From: Piromyces finnis finn
Lineage: Eukaryota; Fungi; Neocallimastigomycota
Direction of reading: 5' to 3'
Assembly (NCBI GenBank): GCA_002104945.1
Contig: MCFH01000096.1
Span: 35,032-99,031 of the forward strand
DNA length: 64,000 nt
The translations under genes were made by a program, and so were the position numbers. Below are positions 34,170-45,280 of the stretch, piece by piece. The notes below the pieces were generated by a model. The model was not told where the DNA came from. It saw only the letters and a program-made list of their open reading frames with translations, and searched no databases. Every line of letters begins with the position of its first letter. Positions within the stretch are counted from its first letter, which is position 1.

Positions 34170-34180
34170 TTACTAACGCT
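34170..34180 (+). promoter_or_regulatory. Self-priming PBS of element A
   Basis: TTACTAACGCT is complementary to AGCGTTAGTAA at 33912-33922. Confidence 0.83.
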
Positions 34181-34250
34181 TATTATAAAAGTGCGCTAAG
34201 CACCAATTAGTTAGTAATTATTAATAACTAAATATAATAATTAAAGTTTA

Positions 34251-37200
34251 ATGGAAAAATCTCCACTTACACCTATTAAAGTGGATACAAAAGAATTTTT
34301 TAACCGCCTACAAACTACCAAGAGAGAACGTTCCCCAGGAAATACTCCCGTAAGAAAATCAAAGATGCCTAATCATTCCGGACAAGCTAATGCTTCTACG
34401 AGTAATCCTACTCAGAAGCCAACTACTAATGAGGATCTCAAGGCCCTCATTGAGTCTTTAACTGCTACCTTAACTGGGAATATCAATCAGTTAAAGGTTG
34501 ATATTCAAGCTACCAGAAGGGAAAACGAAAGTCTCAATGATCGTTTGACTGTTTTGGAAAACTCTACTCAAGTTATTATGGGTAAGATGGCTACCTTAGA
34601 AGTCAACGATGCTAGGAAAGACAATCAACTCGCTGATATCAAAGCTCATATCAGCAAGGCTACTCAAAGAGTTGATGAGTTGTCTACTCCCGTTACTCCT
34701 TCTGCTACTACCCCTCACGAACCTGACGGTGACGTCATCATGGGAGATGCTTCGCCTCCAAACGTCGCTGAAAAAATGCTTTCTTACTCAGGAGAAAGTA
34801 TTCAATTACGTAGATTCATCCGTCGATGCGAACATCACTTCCTAAGACACATCAAGTTCTATGGAAACAATGAAGCTATGAAAGTAAACTTCATTGAAGA
34901 TTGTCTTACTGGTGATGCTGCAGATTGGTACGATGTTGAACAAGCAGACTTCCAGGAATCTCATCCGAATAGAAAGGTTCTTTACGAAGCTTTGAGTAAG
35001 AGATTCCTTAACCCGAAGGATATCAACATCACCAAAATCGACCTGATGAAGCTCAGACATAGTTGGGGAAAAGCTTCCGAATACTTAGGAAAATTCTCCC
35101 AATATGTCAAATTAATTGGATGTTCCGAAGACATTCAATTAACCATCATGCTTTTCCAAGTTCGACCTACCGTGAACCACGCCTTTAGTAAATTAACTTC
35201 GGATAGACAGACGTTAGAAGAACTGAAGAATCTTCTAATCAAATATGATGCTTCCAAGGATACTTATTACGATGATACTTTGGAAAGACAAGCCAACTAC
35301 AAGGACAAAGAGCCCTTAATAGCTAATTTATTAGGTATTCATGGCAGTCTTTATTCCAAGAACCCTAACAAGACTAACAATCGTAATAACAACCAAAGGA
35401 ATAACAATAACAACAACCGCCCATCTAACCAAAAAGGAAAAGGCTCCAGTAACTTGGATAGCAAGTCTAGTACCCAAAATCCCAATAAAAGTACTAAACC
35501 TAATAATGGTACTTCATACTCCAGCTATCTCTGTGAAGTAGAAGAGCAAGATATCTTAGAGCTACCAAATCCTGATCCGGAGAAGTATCCCATCGTGAAG
35601 ACTAGTGTAAAAACTTCTAAAGGATCTAGACAGATTATCACTTCGTCTCTCTTAGATTCTGGCTCTACTACCAATGTAATCCATATGGATTTAGTGAAGA
35701 AACTAGGAATTAAGACCATACCAGCTGATACTGTTGTAAAGGTCATGGGAGGTAATGTCCTAATGCATTACATCACAGAAGAGTTCAACATTGTAATGAA
35801 CTTATCTTCTTTAGGAGGAACTCGAGAAGAGGTTCGTCAATACAAACTTCGATGCCACGTAGCTGATCAGCTTCCTTCTTCGATTCTCCTAGGTTCTAAG
35901 TTCATGAAAACCAACTTCTTCTGTATCTTAACACAACCTGACCATTCCTTTACAGTTAAAATTGGTCCTGTTCCTTTCTCCAACCATAATGGATCTGAGA
36001 TTAAATCTCCTAACTTTAGGAATGATTTGAAGAAATCTACACCTCTTCATGAAGTTATGTTTATCACAGAACTCGAAGACTCAAATCTGGATAAATCAAC
36101 TTCCATTCCAACAGAAACAGTCTTCATAGCCGATGATCAGAATCCTGAACTAGTAGAATCTATCAACGGTATACCTTTGGAATATGAAGATTTATATGAA
36201 GCCTTCAATGAAGAACGAGCCGATGAACTTCCTGAACATCGTGTATATGATTGTTCTATCGATTTGAAACCTAATGCTTCATTATTTTATGGGCCAATTT
36301 ATCCAACTACTCCTACTGAACGTCAATTTATTAAGGAGTATATTGAAGAAAACTTGAATAAAGGATTCATTAGAAAATCCCGATCTCCTGCTGGACATCC
36401 AGTTCTACTCCAAGATAAGAAGGATGGTAGTCTCAGATTTTGCGTTGACTATCGCAAGCTCAACGACCAAACTATCAAGAATGCCTATCCGCTACCTTTA
36501 ATCCTATCAGTCTTTGAATCAATGAAAGGTGCTAACTATTTCACTAAGTTAGACCTCAAGTCAGCTTATAATTTAATTAGGATTAAAGAAGGTGACGAAT
36601 ACAAGACTGCATTCAGGACGGCATTTGGTCACTTTGAGTACTTAGTCATGCCTTTTGGACTAACTAATGCTCCTGCAGTTTTCCAAGCTTTCATTAATGA
36701 TATCTTTAGTGATCAAATTAATAAGTACGTTCAAGTGTACTTGGATGATATCATTATCTACTCCAAGACCCTTGAAGAACATGTTCAACATGTTAGAAAT
36801 GTTCTTCAATTAATCATTGAAAACAACTTAGTTGCGAAACTCAAAAAATGTGAGTTTCACAAAGCTGAAATCGAATTTTTGGGTCACGTAATCAGTAAGG
36901 AGGGAATCAAAACTGATCCTCACAAAATTGAAGCAGTTAAGAACTGGCCTATCCCCACTACTGTGAAAGAAGTTCAGTCCTTCTTAGGGTTATGCAATTA
37001 CTACCGTCGCTTTATCTCTAACTTTTCTAAAATTGCAAAACCATTATACAACTTAACTAAGAAAGGCGTCACTTTCATATGGACAGACGAGTGTAATAGA
37101 GCATTTAATCAACTTAAAGAATTTCTTACTTCAGCTCCAGTTTTACTTTGTCCTGATCACGATAAACCATTCATAGTTGAATGTGACGCAAGTGACTTTG

Positions 37201-39134
37201 CTATCGGGGGAGTACTTTCACAAAAAGGTGATGATGGAGACCTGCATCCAGTTTATTACTTTTCTAAAACCCTTCATGATGCAGAACTTAATTACTCTAT
37301 CACCGAAAAGGAACTCTTAGCAATTCGTCAAGCTTTTATCGAATGGCGTCACTTACTTCAAGGTGCAAAATATCCTATTACCGTTTATTCAGACCATCGA
37401 AACTTGCTTTTTGCTACCAAACCGCAACTTCTATCCCAAAGACAAGCTCGTTGGCAAGAATACTTTGCTACCTTTGATTTCAAGATTATCTATCGACCAG
37501 GAAAGAAAAATGGTAAAGCTGATGCTCTCTCTCGTAGATCCGACCATATGCTCACAGTTGGTAAGGATATAAGTGAATCATCCTTACTTAAACCAACTCA
37601 ATTAGAAGGATTCAACGAAGATGAATGCTACTTCTCTATGGAAACTAGCTTCATTGACGACATTAAGCAGTGCTACCTTCAAGATGAAACCGCTTGTCAG
37701 ATTCTTAAGGATCTTGAAGTTCCAAATAGTGATCATCCTTGGATTCTTCAAGATGGCCTTTTAATAAGAACCAAACATCCGGAGCAAGTATATGTTCCAA
37801 GTCAACTAAGACTCTTAGTTATTAAGCTCAACCATGATGCACCCACTGCCGGTCACTTGGGAGTCGATAAGACTTATGACATTCTTAAACGTAATTTCTA
37901 TTGGGTTAATATGCGTCAAGATGTCGAGTCTTATATTCGAAGCTGTAGTGTATGCAAGGCAATGAAAACCGATCACCATGCTCCTTATGGTAATATGATC
38001 CGTGTCCCTCTTCCGGAACTTCCATGGCAACACCTACAAATGGACTTTATCACGGACTTACCATCAAGACCTTGTAACTCTACCTTACCATTCGACTCTA
38101 CCAATCCGAACCACCATCAAGGTACCATAATGGTTACTACTTGCTACTTAACTAAGATGATACACTTAGTTGGGTTCAAACATTTACCCACTGCTAAGGA
38201 AACTGCTACTGCTTTTCTTAACCATATTTTCAAACTTCACGGATTCCCCTTATCTATTGTTACAGACCGTGGTACTCAGTTCGAAAGTCGTCTTTGGTCC
38301 CACTTGATGGAATTCTTTAATATCGATCACCACTCTGCTACTACTGGCCATCACCGCACTGTTGGACAAGTAGAACGTAACAACGACTACGTTGAAACTT
38401 ATCTTCGTTGCTACTTAGCTCAATTTGATGATCTCAGTTGGATGGATCATTTGTACTTAGCTGAATTTTGCTACAACAATTCCATCCATGCTTCCACCAA
38501 ACAACCACCATTTCTCTCTGTTTATAATTATCAAGTTCACGCAAACCCACAAGTTGCAGACCTTGTTTTTTCTTTAGGACTTCATCCCCTCATCGATAGC
38601 TTCTCCCATAACTTAGCTGACCTTAAGCATACTCTCGAAGTCAGTCGTACCCGTTATCTCGATGAAAAGGATAAGCACCTTTATCACAACTTTAAGCGCT
38701 TCAAGGTCCACGATCTTGTTTGGCTTCGCAAACCCGCTAATTATCATCCTCCATTAGCGTTCAAGCTCCAATCCCGCAAGTATGGTCCATACAAGGTCAC
38801 TGGTGTCGATGAATCTAAGCTCAACTACCGCCTTGATTTATCTACCTCACCTTTCCCTCGTGTCTACCCCGTATTCCACATCAGTGAACTCGAACCATAT
38901 CATCCCACTCCTCACCATCTATTGCTCAACCATCCCAACTCCAATGAAATCACCAAGATCCTTAGTTCTCGTAAATCGGGTCATTTTTACGAGTACTTAG
39001 TCACTTTTACTGACTTATCTCAACGTTGGATCAATGCTGACACCATTGATAAGGATGACTACTACAGCACCCTTTTAGCTGATTACCAACGTCGCGCTTA
39101 CCAACAATTCACCAATTCCGTCCCAGATTCTTAA
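34251..39134 (+). CDS. gag-pol: Gag-Pol polyprotein (single ORF), family A
   Basis: LLDSGS, YLDDII, ECDASD, HHCC, DDE, KYGPY, YEYLVTF..QRWI. Homologous to the E polyprotein. Confidence 0.96.
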   Translation: MEKSPLTPIKVDTKEFFNRLQTTKRERSPGNTPVRKSKMPNHSGQANASTSNPTQKPTTNEDLKALIESLTATLTGNINQLKVDIQATRRENESLNDRLTVLENSTQVIMGKMATLEVNDARKDNQLADIKAHISKATQRVDELSTPVTPSATTPHEPDGDVIMGDASPPNVAEKMLSYSGESIQLRRFIRRCEHHFLRHIKFYGNNEAMKVNFIEDCLTGDAADWYDVEQADFQESHPNRKVLYEALSKRFLNPKDINITKIDLMKLRHSWGKASEYLGKFSQYVKLIGCSEDIQLTIMLFQVRPTVNHAFSKLTSDRQTLEELKNLLIKYDASKDTYYDDTLERQANYKDKEPLIANLLGIHGSLYSKNPNKTNNRNNNQRNNNNNNRPSNQKGKGSSNLDSKSSTQNPNKSTKPNNGTSYSSYLCEVEEQDILELPNPDPEKYPIVKTSVKTSKGSRQIITSSLLDSGSTTNVIHMDLVKKLGIKTIPADTVVKVMGGNVLMHYITEEFNIVMNLSSLGGTREEVRQYKLRCHVADQLPSSILLGSKFMKTNFFCILTQPDHSFTVKIGPVPFSNHNGSEIKSPNFRNDLKKSTPLHEVMFITELEDSNLDKSTSIPTETVFIADDQNPELVESINGIPLEYEDLYEAFNEERADELPEHRVYDCSIDLKPNASLFYGPIYPTTPTERQFIKEYIEENLNKGFIRKSRSPAGHPVLLQDKKDGSLRFCVDYRKLNDQTIKNAYPLPLILSVFESMKGANYFTKLDLKSAYNLIRIKEGDEYKTAFRTAFGHFEYLVMPFGLTNAPAVFQAFINDIFSDQINKYVQVYLDDIIIYSKTLEEHVQHVRNVLQLIIENNLVAKLKKCEFHKAEIEFLGHVISKEGIKTDPHKIEAVKNWPIPTTVKEVQSFLGLCNYYRRFISNFSKIAKPLYNLTKKGVTFIWTDECNRAFNQLKEFLTSAPVLLCPDHDKPFIVECDASDFAIGGVLSQKGDDGDLHPVYYFSKTLHDAELNYSITEKELLAIRQAFIEWRHLLQGAKYPITVYSDHRNLLFATKPQLLSQRQARWQEYFATFDFKIIYRPGKKNGKADALSRRSDHMLTVGKDISESSLLKPTQLEGFNEDECYFSMETSFIDDIKQCYLQDETACQILKDLEVPNSDHPWILQDGLLIRTKHPEQVYVPSQLRLLVIKLNHDAPTAGHLGVDKTYDILKRNFYWVNMRQDVESYIRSCSVCKAMKTDHHAPYGNMIRVPLPELPWQHLQMDFITDLPSRPCNSTLPFDSTNPNHHQGTIMVTTCYLTKMIHLVGFKHLPTAKETATAFLNHIFKLHGFPLSIVTDRGTQFESRLWSHLMEFFNIDHHSATTGHHRTVGQVERNNDYVETYLRCYLAQFDDLSWMDHLYLAEFCYNNSIHASTKQPPFLSVYNYQVHANPQVADLVFSLGLHPLIDSFSHNLADLKHTLEVSRTRYLDEKDKHLYHNFKRFKVHDLVWLRKPANYHPPLAFKLQSRKYGPYKVTGVDESKLNYRLDLSTSPFPRVYPVFHISELEPYHPTPHHLLLNHPNSNEITKILSSRKSGHFYEYLVTFTDLSQRWINADTIDKDDYYSTLLADYQRRAYQQFTNSVPDS

Positions 39135-40259
39135 TCTGGACCCCACTTATTAGTATCCCACCTACTAGTGTCTACCACCCTTACTCCTTCACTACCCACC
39201 TATCGCCACTACCCCACCTACTACCCACAACTCCGCTACCCACTAGTCGCCACCACTACAACTACCAACCACTATTCCGCTACCCAACCACCCTCTTTCG
39301 CCTTTGCCCTCAACCCTCAAATTTCGCAACCTTTTCCGCACCCCAAAATCCGCTTCCCCTCGAGTCATATCATTTCCCTAACCTTCACGTGTAGTCTCCA
39401 TTTCTGAAGAATCCACGTGATACCCTCTCAACTTTTCTTGAACACTTTTACACTTCACTTTTTCAACACTTAGATTTTTTCAAAAATTGAGAATTTCCAT
39501 TTTTTTGAAAATTCTCAAAATTTTTCTAAGTGTCGTGGAAGTGTCCATGTCCAAATTATTATGACGTGCCAGTGTCCATAATTTTTTGGGTCGTCCGGCG
39601 AAACGACCCTTAGGACGGGCAGTGTCACAATAACATATATAAAAATTTAAAAAATTTGGACACATGGAAAAAATTAAAAATTTTTTTTAAAATTTGAAAA
39701 TTTGAAAATTTGAAAAAATTTATTTTTTAAATTTTTATTAAAAAATTTCAAAGTATAAAATTTCTAATATTTGAAATTATTAAATTTTTTAAAATTATTA
39801 AAATTTTATTATTAAAAATTTTATTTTAAATTTATTTATTAACTATTTACAATAATTATATTAATTATTAATTTATAAAAATTAAATATTTTATAATTAG
39901 ATAATAATTAATTAAAATTAAAAAATGTAATAATTAAAATTGTTCATGTATAAAAAGAACAAAAATTGACAAAAATTACGAAGCTTTAGCGTTAGTAATT
40001 TTTTAACCTAAAGTTAATAAAATTTATAAACTCCTATAAAACCTAAAACTTTAAAAATTTTAATATTTTTAATAACTTAATATATGCTGATATTAAGTTA
40101 TTGCTAAAATAAAAATATTATTTAAATTTCTTTATATAAATATTATTAGCTTTACGCCTTCAATAGGAAAGCGTATTATATTTATTAATTAATATAACTA
40201 GTGTGCTTACCACACTTTTCTTTAATAAAAAATCGCTTTTTGACAAGAAATTATTATTA

Positions 40260-40341
40260 GTCACTTTGGCGGAGTGGTTAACGCGGTGGCCTGCTAAGCC
40301 ATTTCCCTTTGGGAGCGCAGGTTCGAGTCCTGCAGGTGACG
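40260..40341 (+). tRNA. tRNA-Ser(GCU)
   Basis: 82 nt, GTCACTT/AGGTGAC acceptor stem, GTGGC-CTGCTAA-GCCAT anticodon arm, long variable arm, G discriminator. Confidence 0.96.
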
Positions 40342-40351
40342 TATAGTTATT

Positions 40352-40424
40352 GCGAAGTTGGCGCAGTCGGCAGCGCGTAAGTCTCATAATCTTAAGGTCG
40401 TGAGTTCGAACCTCACAATTCGCA
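40352..40424 (+). tRNA. tRNA-Met(CAU), elongator type
   Basis: 73 nt, TAAGT-CTCATAA-TCTTA anticodon arm, GTTCGAA T-loop (the cytosolic initiator lacks T54). Confidence 0.93.
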
Positions 40425-40429
40425 TTTTT
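40425..40429 (+). terminator. Pol III T5 terminator after the Ser-Met pair
   Basis: TTTTT immediately after the Met discriminator base. There is no T-run in the 10-bp spacer between the two tRNAs. Confidence 0.75.
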
Positions 40430-41348
40430 ATTATTGGGTTTAAATTATATATTAAATATAAATAGTATTAATGAAGAAAATTTTAGAATTATTTTAATTA
40501 CTTTAATATTTTTATTTAATATTCTATTTATTTTATTGGATAATTATAATATGTCTTGACGTTATTAGTTTATAGATAATGATAAATAAATATTGAAATG
40601 ATAATTTTATTTCTAATATATTTTAGATAATAATTAATTAAATATATATTTATTTATGTATAATTGTTTTAAAAGAATACATAACCAAATGTTAATTAAT
40701 AATGAAACATAAATTATAATTAAAAGTATAATTGTATAAATTGTTTATTTATTTAAAATACTGTTATATTATTTTTTTATTATTTATTTATTAATATTCA
40801 ATCAAAAATATATTTATTATTTCTTTTATCTTTATTTTGATATGTAATTTAAATTATATTCATTATATAAAACTATATTAACAGTTAAAATTTATCAACT
40901 AGAAACAGTTTTTATTAAGGAAAGGCATAAAAACTAATAAATTGATAAATTATTATGATTATATTTAAAGTTAATTTCAAATAGTATCTTATTAACTCAA
41001 TTCAAAAATTATTTCAAATGATTAGTGATAAAAAAATTTAAAAAAAATTAATTATTAAAAATTAAAGTCAATTATAATTCTTTAATAAAATAAATAATAT
41101 CCTCCAAAACACACACTACTGTCATTTTCTAAAAGAACTTAAACTATCTTTTCTTGCTCTAGCTTTCAGTTACATACTAATATTTATAAAAGCTATAGTA
41201 ATATAACATTTTGATTATTTAAATTAGTTTTTTAATATTTATATAGAAGATATATATAAGTCTATATTGGATTGATAACTATTCATCTATTTATCACATT
41301 ATTACATTTTTAATTAATATAATAATATTACTATAATAAAATCTCTTA

Positions 41349-41560
41349 GATAATTAGTAATAATGAATTATCAGTTATATATTTATTAATACTTTTATTA
41401 TTTTTTATTATTATAAATTTATATAATAAATGATTAATTATTAAATAATCTATAATTGATAATTAGTAATAATGAATTATCAGTTATATATTTATCAATA
41501 CTTTTATTATTTTTTATTATTATAAATTTATATAATAAATGACTAATTATTAAATAATTT
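41349..41560. repeat. Local tandem duplication, period about 109 bp, 2 copies
   Basis: GATAATTAGTAATAATGAATTATCAGTTATATATTTAT... starts at 41349 and again at 41458. Confidence 0.75.
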
Positions 41561-42561
41561 ATAATTTATAAAGTTATGACTTAAATCGATAATCTATATT
41601 AATTAATGCTAAATTAAATATATATGATCATTTGATTTTTTATTTATTTTTAGACTAAATAATGATTTTAACAAAGTATATAAAAGAAGATAAATTTAAT
41701 TCATTCCTTTTTTTTATTTTTGTAAAAATTATGATTATAACCTTTAGTATATAGTTTTCTCACTAATGTTTTTATATTATTAATATTTTAAGTTTAAAAT
41801 TATAATAAAATGATTTTAAGACTGAGTATTGTATTTACATATTAATTTCATATATTTTAATATTATGTGTTATTAATATTATAAAAGTTCTGTTTATTAT
41901 TTCTTTAAATTAAAAATTAAAAAACATTTTTCTACAATAAAAAATTAATTAATAATAGAATAATATAATATAGAATAAAATTAAAAAGTATTTAAGTTAA
42001 AGTTAAAAAGCTAAAAGCATAGTTGTTTATAAGCAAGAATTAGTTTTTATTAAAAACTATTAACGAATATTCATAATTTAGAAATAATTAAACATTACCA
42101 ATAATAAAATGAATCATTTTAAAAATATTAACTATGATACAATAATATAATATAAATAAAAATAGAAAAATAGAAATATTATTTTAATTTTATTTAATAA
42201 TTTTAGTTAACTCATAATTATAAAAATAATTATAATATAAATATTCATTCATATATCTACATATAGTTACATAAAAAAAATAATATTTTGTTAATAGAAT
42301 GTTAATAAACTATAATAATAATAATAATATTTATTGTTGGAGTGAAACTCATTAATATACATTTTTACTTTTTATATAAATATAATTTAAGTTTTATACA
42401 TTTTTCGATTTAGAATATAATTTCAATTATGACAAAATATATTTTAAATTGTAAAAATTATACTTAAAAGACTCAAACTATGCATTTTCGCACATCTTTA
42501 TATACGATATACTTCAAAGGAATAGAAGTAATTACATATATTTCATTTCATTGTCATAAAT

Positions 42562-42633
42562 AGGGGCGTTCCGGATTTGAACCGAAGACCTATTGATCTG
42601 CAGTCAATTGCTCTACCGCTGAGCTAACACCCC
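42562..42633 (-). tRNA. tRNA-Cys(GCA), copy 2
   Basis: Identical to 596-667, with unrelated flanks. Confidence 0.97.
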
Positions 42634-43910
42634 TTCTTTTATTTTTTGTGTTAAGGAATGAACATAAATAGTTGAATTAGCTAGAATTTTAGGAATTAAC
42701 CTTCAACTATTTATATTCCTTACTAGTGTTTAACTCTATTTTTAAAATATAAAAATTATAATATATAATTTTTATACATTTTTCTAGTAATTATTAATAT
42801 TTTTATTATATAGTTATATTATTTGTATATAGTTATTTAAGACCTTTATTATTAGTATTAGTATAATTACTTATAATATTTTATACTTATAAATTTTACA
42901 AAATTTTACTATTAAAATAGTTATAGGTATTTTATTATTATTTAAGGTTTATTTTATTAATTAACCTTATTGTATAATATTTTATAATTTGAAATTATGA
43001 CATAGAATTTAATTATAATTTTTACTAAAAGAGGCAACTGTTACACACAAAACAGAAGATACCTCGACAGAAAAATTATTATTTATGTCTAAAAAAGGGC
43101 ATAATTAATTGAATAATATAATTTTATTATATGTCATAATTAAATATATAATATATGATATGCAAAAATGTTACACATATCATAAATTAAAATTTTATTA
43201 ATTATAAATTAAAAATTTTTCTATTCAAATATTAAGAGATTATTCATAATATATATTAAGGATTTAATTAATATATGTTACAGTGAATGATCCATATATT
43301 ATGAATGAAATCAATTTAAATCCTTAGCTATCCAAAACCATTAAATTTCAAATAATGGATAGTTGGAAAAAGTACGAGGATTTTTGAGAAAAATTTTAAA
43401 AATTGAAAAATCAAAAATAAATTAAATGAATAAAAATTAAAATTAAATAAATTTTTATTTTTATAACTATTCAAGTGTTTTGTGATATCTTATTTGAACC
43501 GTAGCATAATTAATGGTGGAGATATCGGGGATAATAATAACATATTGATATCACACTACATTTTTATAGTTACTTTTATATTTATTTTTGTATTATTATT
43601 TAATTAAAATAGTTAATAATTCAAAAGAGGGTTATACTAGTATAATAAAAAGTTATATACTTCAAGGCACAATTAAAATAGTTAATAGAGAGAAATTAAT
43701 ATTGTTAATTGGTGCAGTTAAGGAAGTATTTTATATTGGTATTACTAGTTTAACTAAAGAGAATAATTATTAGTGTTGTTAATTAAATATATTTCAAATA
43801 TTGTTGTAATTCATTCTTTTAAATTCTTATAAAAGAAAATTATTTTTTTTTTAAACTTGTTTCATTCTTTAATATTATTGTAAAATTGTATTTTTATCTT
43901 TATTTAAAAC

Positions 43911-44831
43911 TTGTATATAAAAATGAGTACGGGAGCTGATAAATCTATTGACTTTGCTAAATTAATGAAGGAATTAAAGCATGTCACTAGATTAACCGAA
44001 GATAATTTGGACATTAAGACTTGGTATAGTCAATTAAAGTATTGGACTATGCTTCAAGATGTTAAAAGTCCAAAAATGGTGTTTCTAGCTTGTTTGTTTA
44101 CTACTACAGGAACACCAAATGAACTTATTCAAGAGTTGAATCCTAATAAGGACTTCGAAAGTGATGAAGACAGTGAAGATAGTGATGAAGAAGATGAAGG
44201 TAGAGGAAAGAGAAGAGCTCACTACCCTTCCCTTAAAAAGATAGTCACTATGTTAGAAGAATTTTATGGAGTAAAGGAAGATCAAATAGAACTTCTCAAG
44301 GAGCTTAGGGATATGCGAATCAAAAAGAATGAAAAAGTAAAAGACTTCAACATAAGGTACCGTTCCTTGTATGTCAAACTAGACAAGAAGCGTAGAAGGA
44401 AAGTAGATGTTGAAGATTACTTAGATTCCATTGAGCCTAACTATAAAGCCTGGGAAAATGTGCGTAGGGAAAAAGAAGTTACCTTAGCAGAAGCCTACAA
44501 GCTTGCCGAAGATGGGGACAGACTAAATTTAAGAAATCGTCATAAAGCTAACAATTATGATGTATCCACCTCTTCTAACTCTGATAAAAGATATAAAAAT
44601 AAATATGAAAGAAAAGAAGATAGCTATGAAAGGAACAAGAAGCCAACAATAGCGAATTATGGTAATGATAAGAAAGATCCTATGAATGAGTTGACGGAGA
44701 AAATGAGAAACTTAACTATCAAAACTTGCTACTTTTGCAACGAGAAGGGACACTTTCAATATCATTGTCCTAAACTGAGTGCCATAGTAGAAGAAAACAA
44801 ACAAAAGGCCAGAAAAGGTCATTTAAATTAG
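43911..44831 (+). CDS. gag: Gag with CCHC zinc knuckle, family C
   Basis: CYFCNEKGHFQYHC. Confidence 0.9.
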   Translation: MYIKMSTGADKSIDFAKLMKELKHVTRLTEDNLDIKTWYSQLKYWTMLQDVKSPKMVFLACLFTTTGTPNELIQELNPNKDFESDEDSEDSDEEDEGRGKRRAHYPSLKKIVTMLEEFYGVKEDQIELLKELRDMRIKKNEKVKDFNIRYRSLYVKLDKKRRRKVDVEDYLDSIEPNYKAWENVRREKEVTLAEAYKLAEDGDRLNLRNRHKANNYDVSTSSNSDKRYKNKYERKEDSYERNKKPTIANYGNDKKDPMNELTEKMRNLTIKTCYFCNEKGHFQYHCPKLSAIVEENKQKARKGHLN

Positions 44832-44855
44832 ATAGTGGGAGAAGAAGCACTCCCA
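44822..44855 (+). promoter_or_regulatory. Putative -1 frameshift signal (T TTA AAT plus TGGGAG/CTCCCA hairpin)
   Basis: In-phase heptamer. The -1 frame is open from 44822 to the pol stop. Repeated at 12658 and 50997. Confidence 0.8.
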
Positions 44856-45280
44856 GTAATCCAAAAATAGCTTCACTTAATAACAGTTCAGTTGATAATA
44901 ATGAGTACTCTGAATATTCTGAGTATTCTGACTTATCAGATAATGAAGAAATATCTTCTATTGAAGATAAAATTATTGCTGCAGCTAAAAGAAAAGCTAA
45001 TGATGAAGAAGACTCTTCCAAGAAAAGAGTACAAAAATCATTAAAAGAAGACCCAAGACCAATAGTTACCCCTGCTACTAGGAAGCAACAAGAACGTGAA
45101 CTCAGTAATGAGAGTTTAGAATCAGGTTCACCATCACAACCCAAGAACCAACTTGACACGTCTGTTCTGAGTCAACCTAATATTAACAAGGAAAAAGAGA
45201 AAAGTAAAAGACTCAGAGAAAAACAAAGAAGTAAACCACCAACCCCCATAAATAAAGACGAAAGAGAAGAAAACGAAGAT

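Larger units (their letters stand above)
33547..40245 (+). mobile_element. Full-length Ty3/gypsy element, family A
   Basis: 623-bp LTRs 33547-34169 and 39623-40245, TSD AGAAA (33542-33546 and 40246-40250), PPT AGGACGGGCAG, single intact ORF. Confidence 0.97.

Noticed and set aside
39168-39407. 79-aa Thr/Pro-rich ORF after the A polyprotein
   Set aside because: It is C/A-rich 3' UTR with no recognisable env or other domain.
40160-40387. 75-aa minus-strand ORF
   Set aside because: It is the reverse complement of the two tRNAs and the LTR end.
40430-42561. AT-rich unique DNA between tRNA-Met and tRNA-Cys2 as a host gene or centromere
   Set aside because: There are no ORFs of 60 aa or more and no recognisable motif. 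AT richness alone is not diagnostic in this genome.
596-42633. The two identical tRNA-Cys genes as a segmental duplication
   Set aside because: Identity is limited to the 72-nt gene and the flanks are unrelated, which is normal for multicopy tRNAs.
43588-43773. 61-aa ORF in the family C leader (also 49763-49948)
   Set aside because: It has a TTG start and low complexity, and is broken by an indel in the copy at about 11425-11610.
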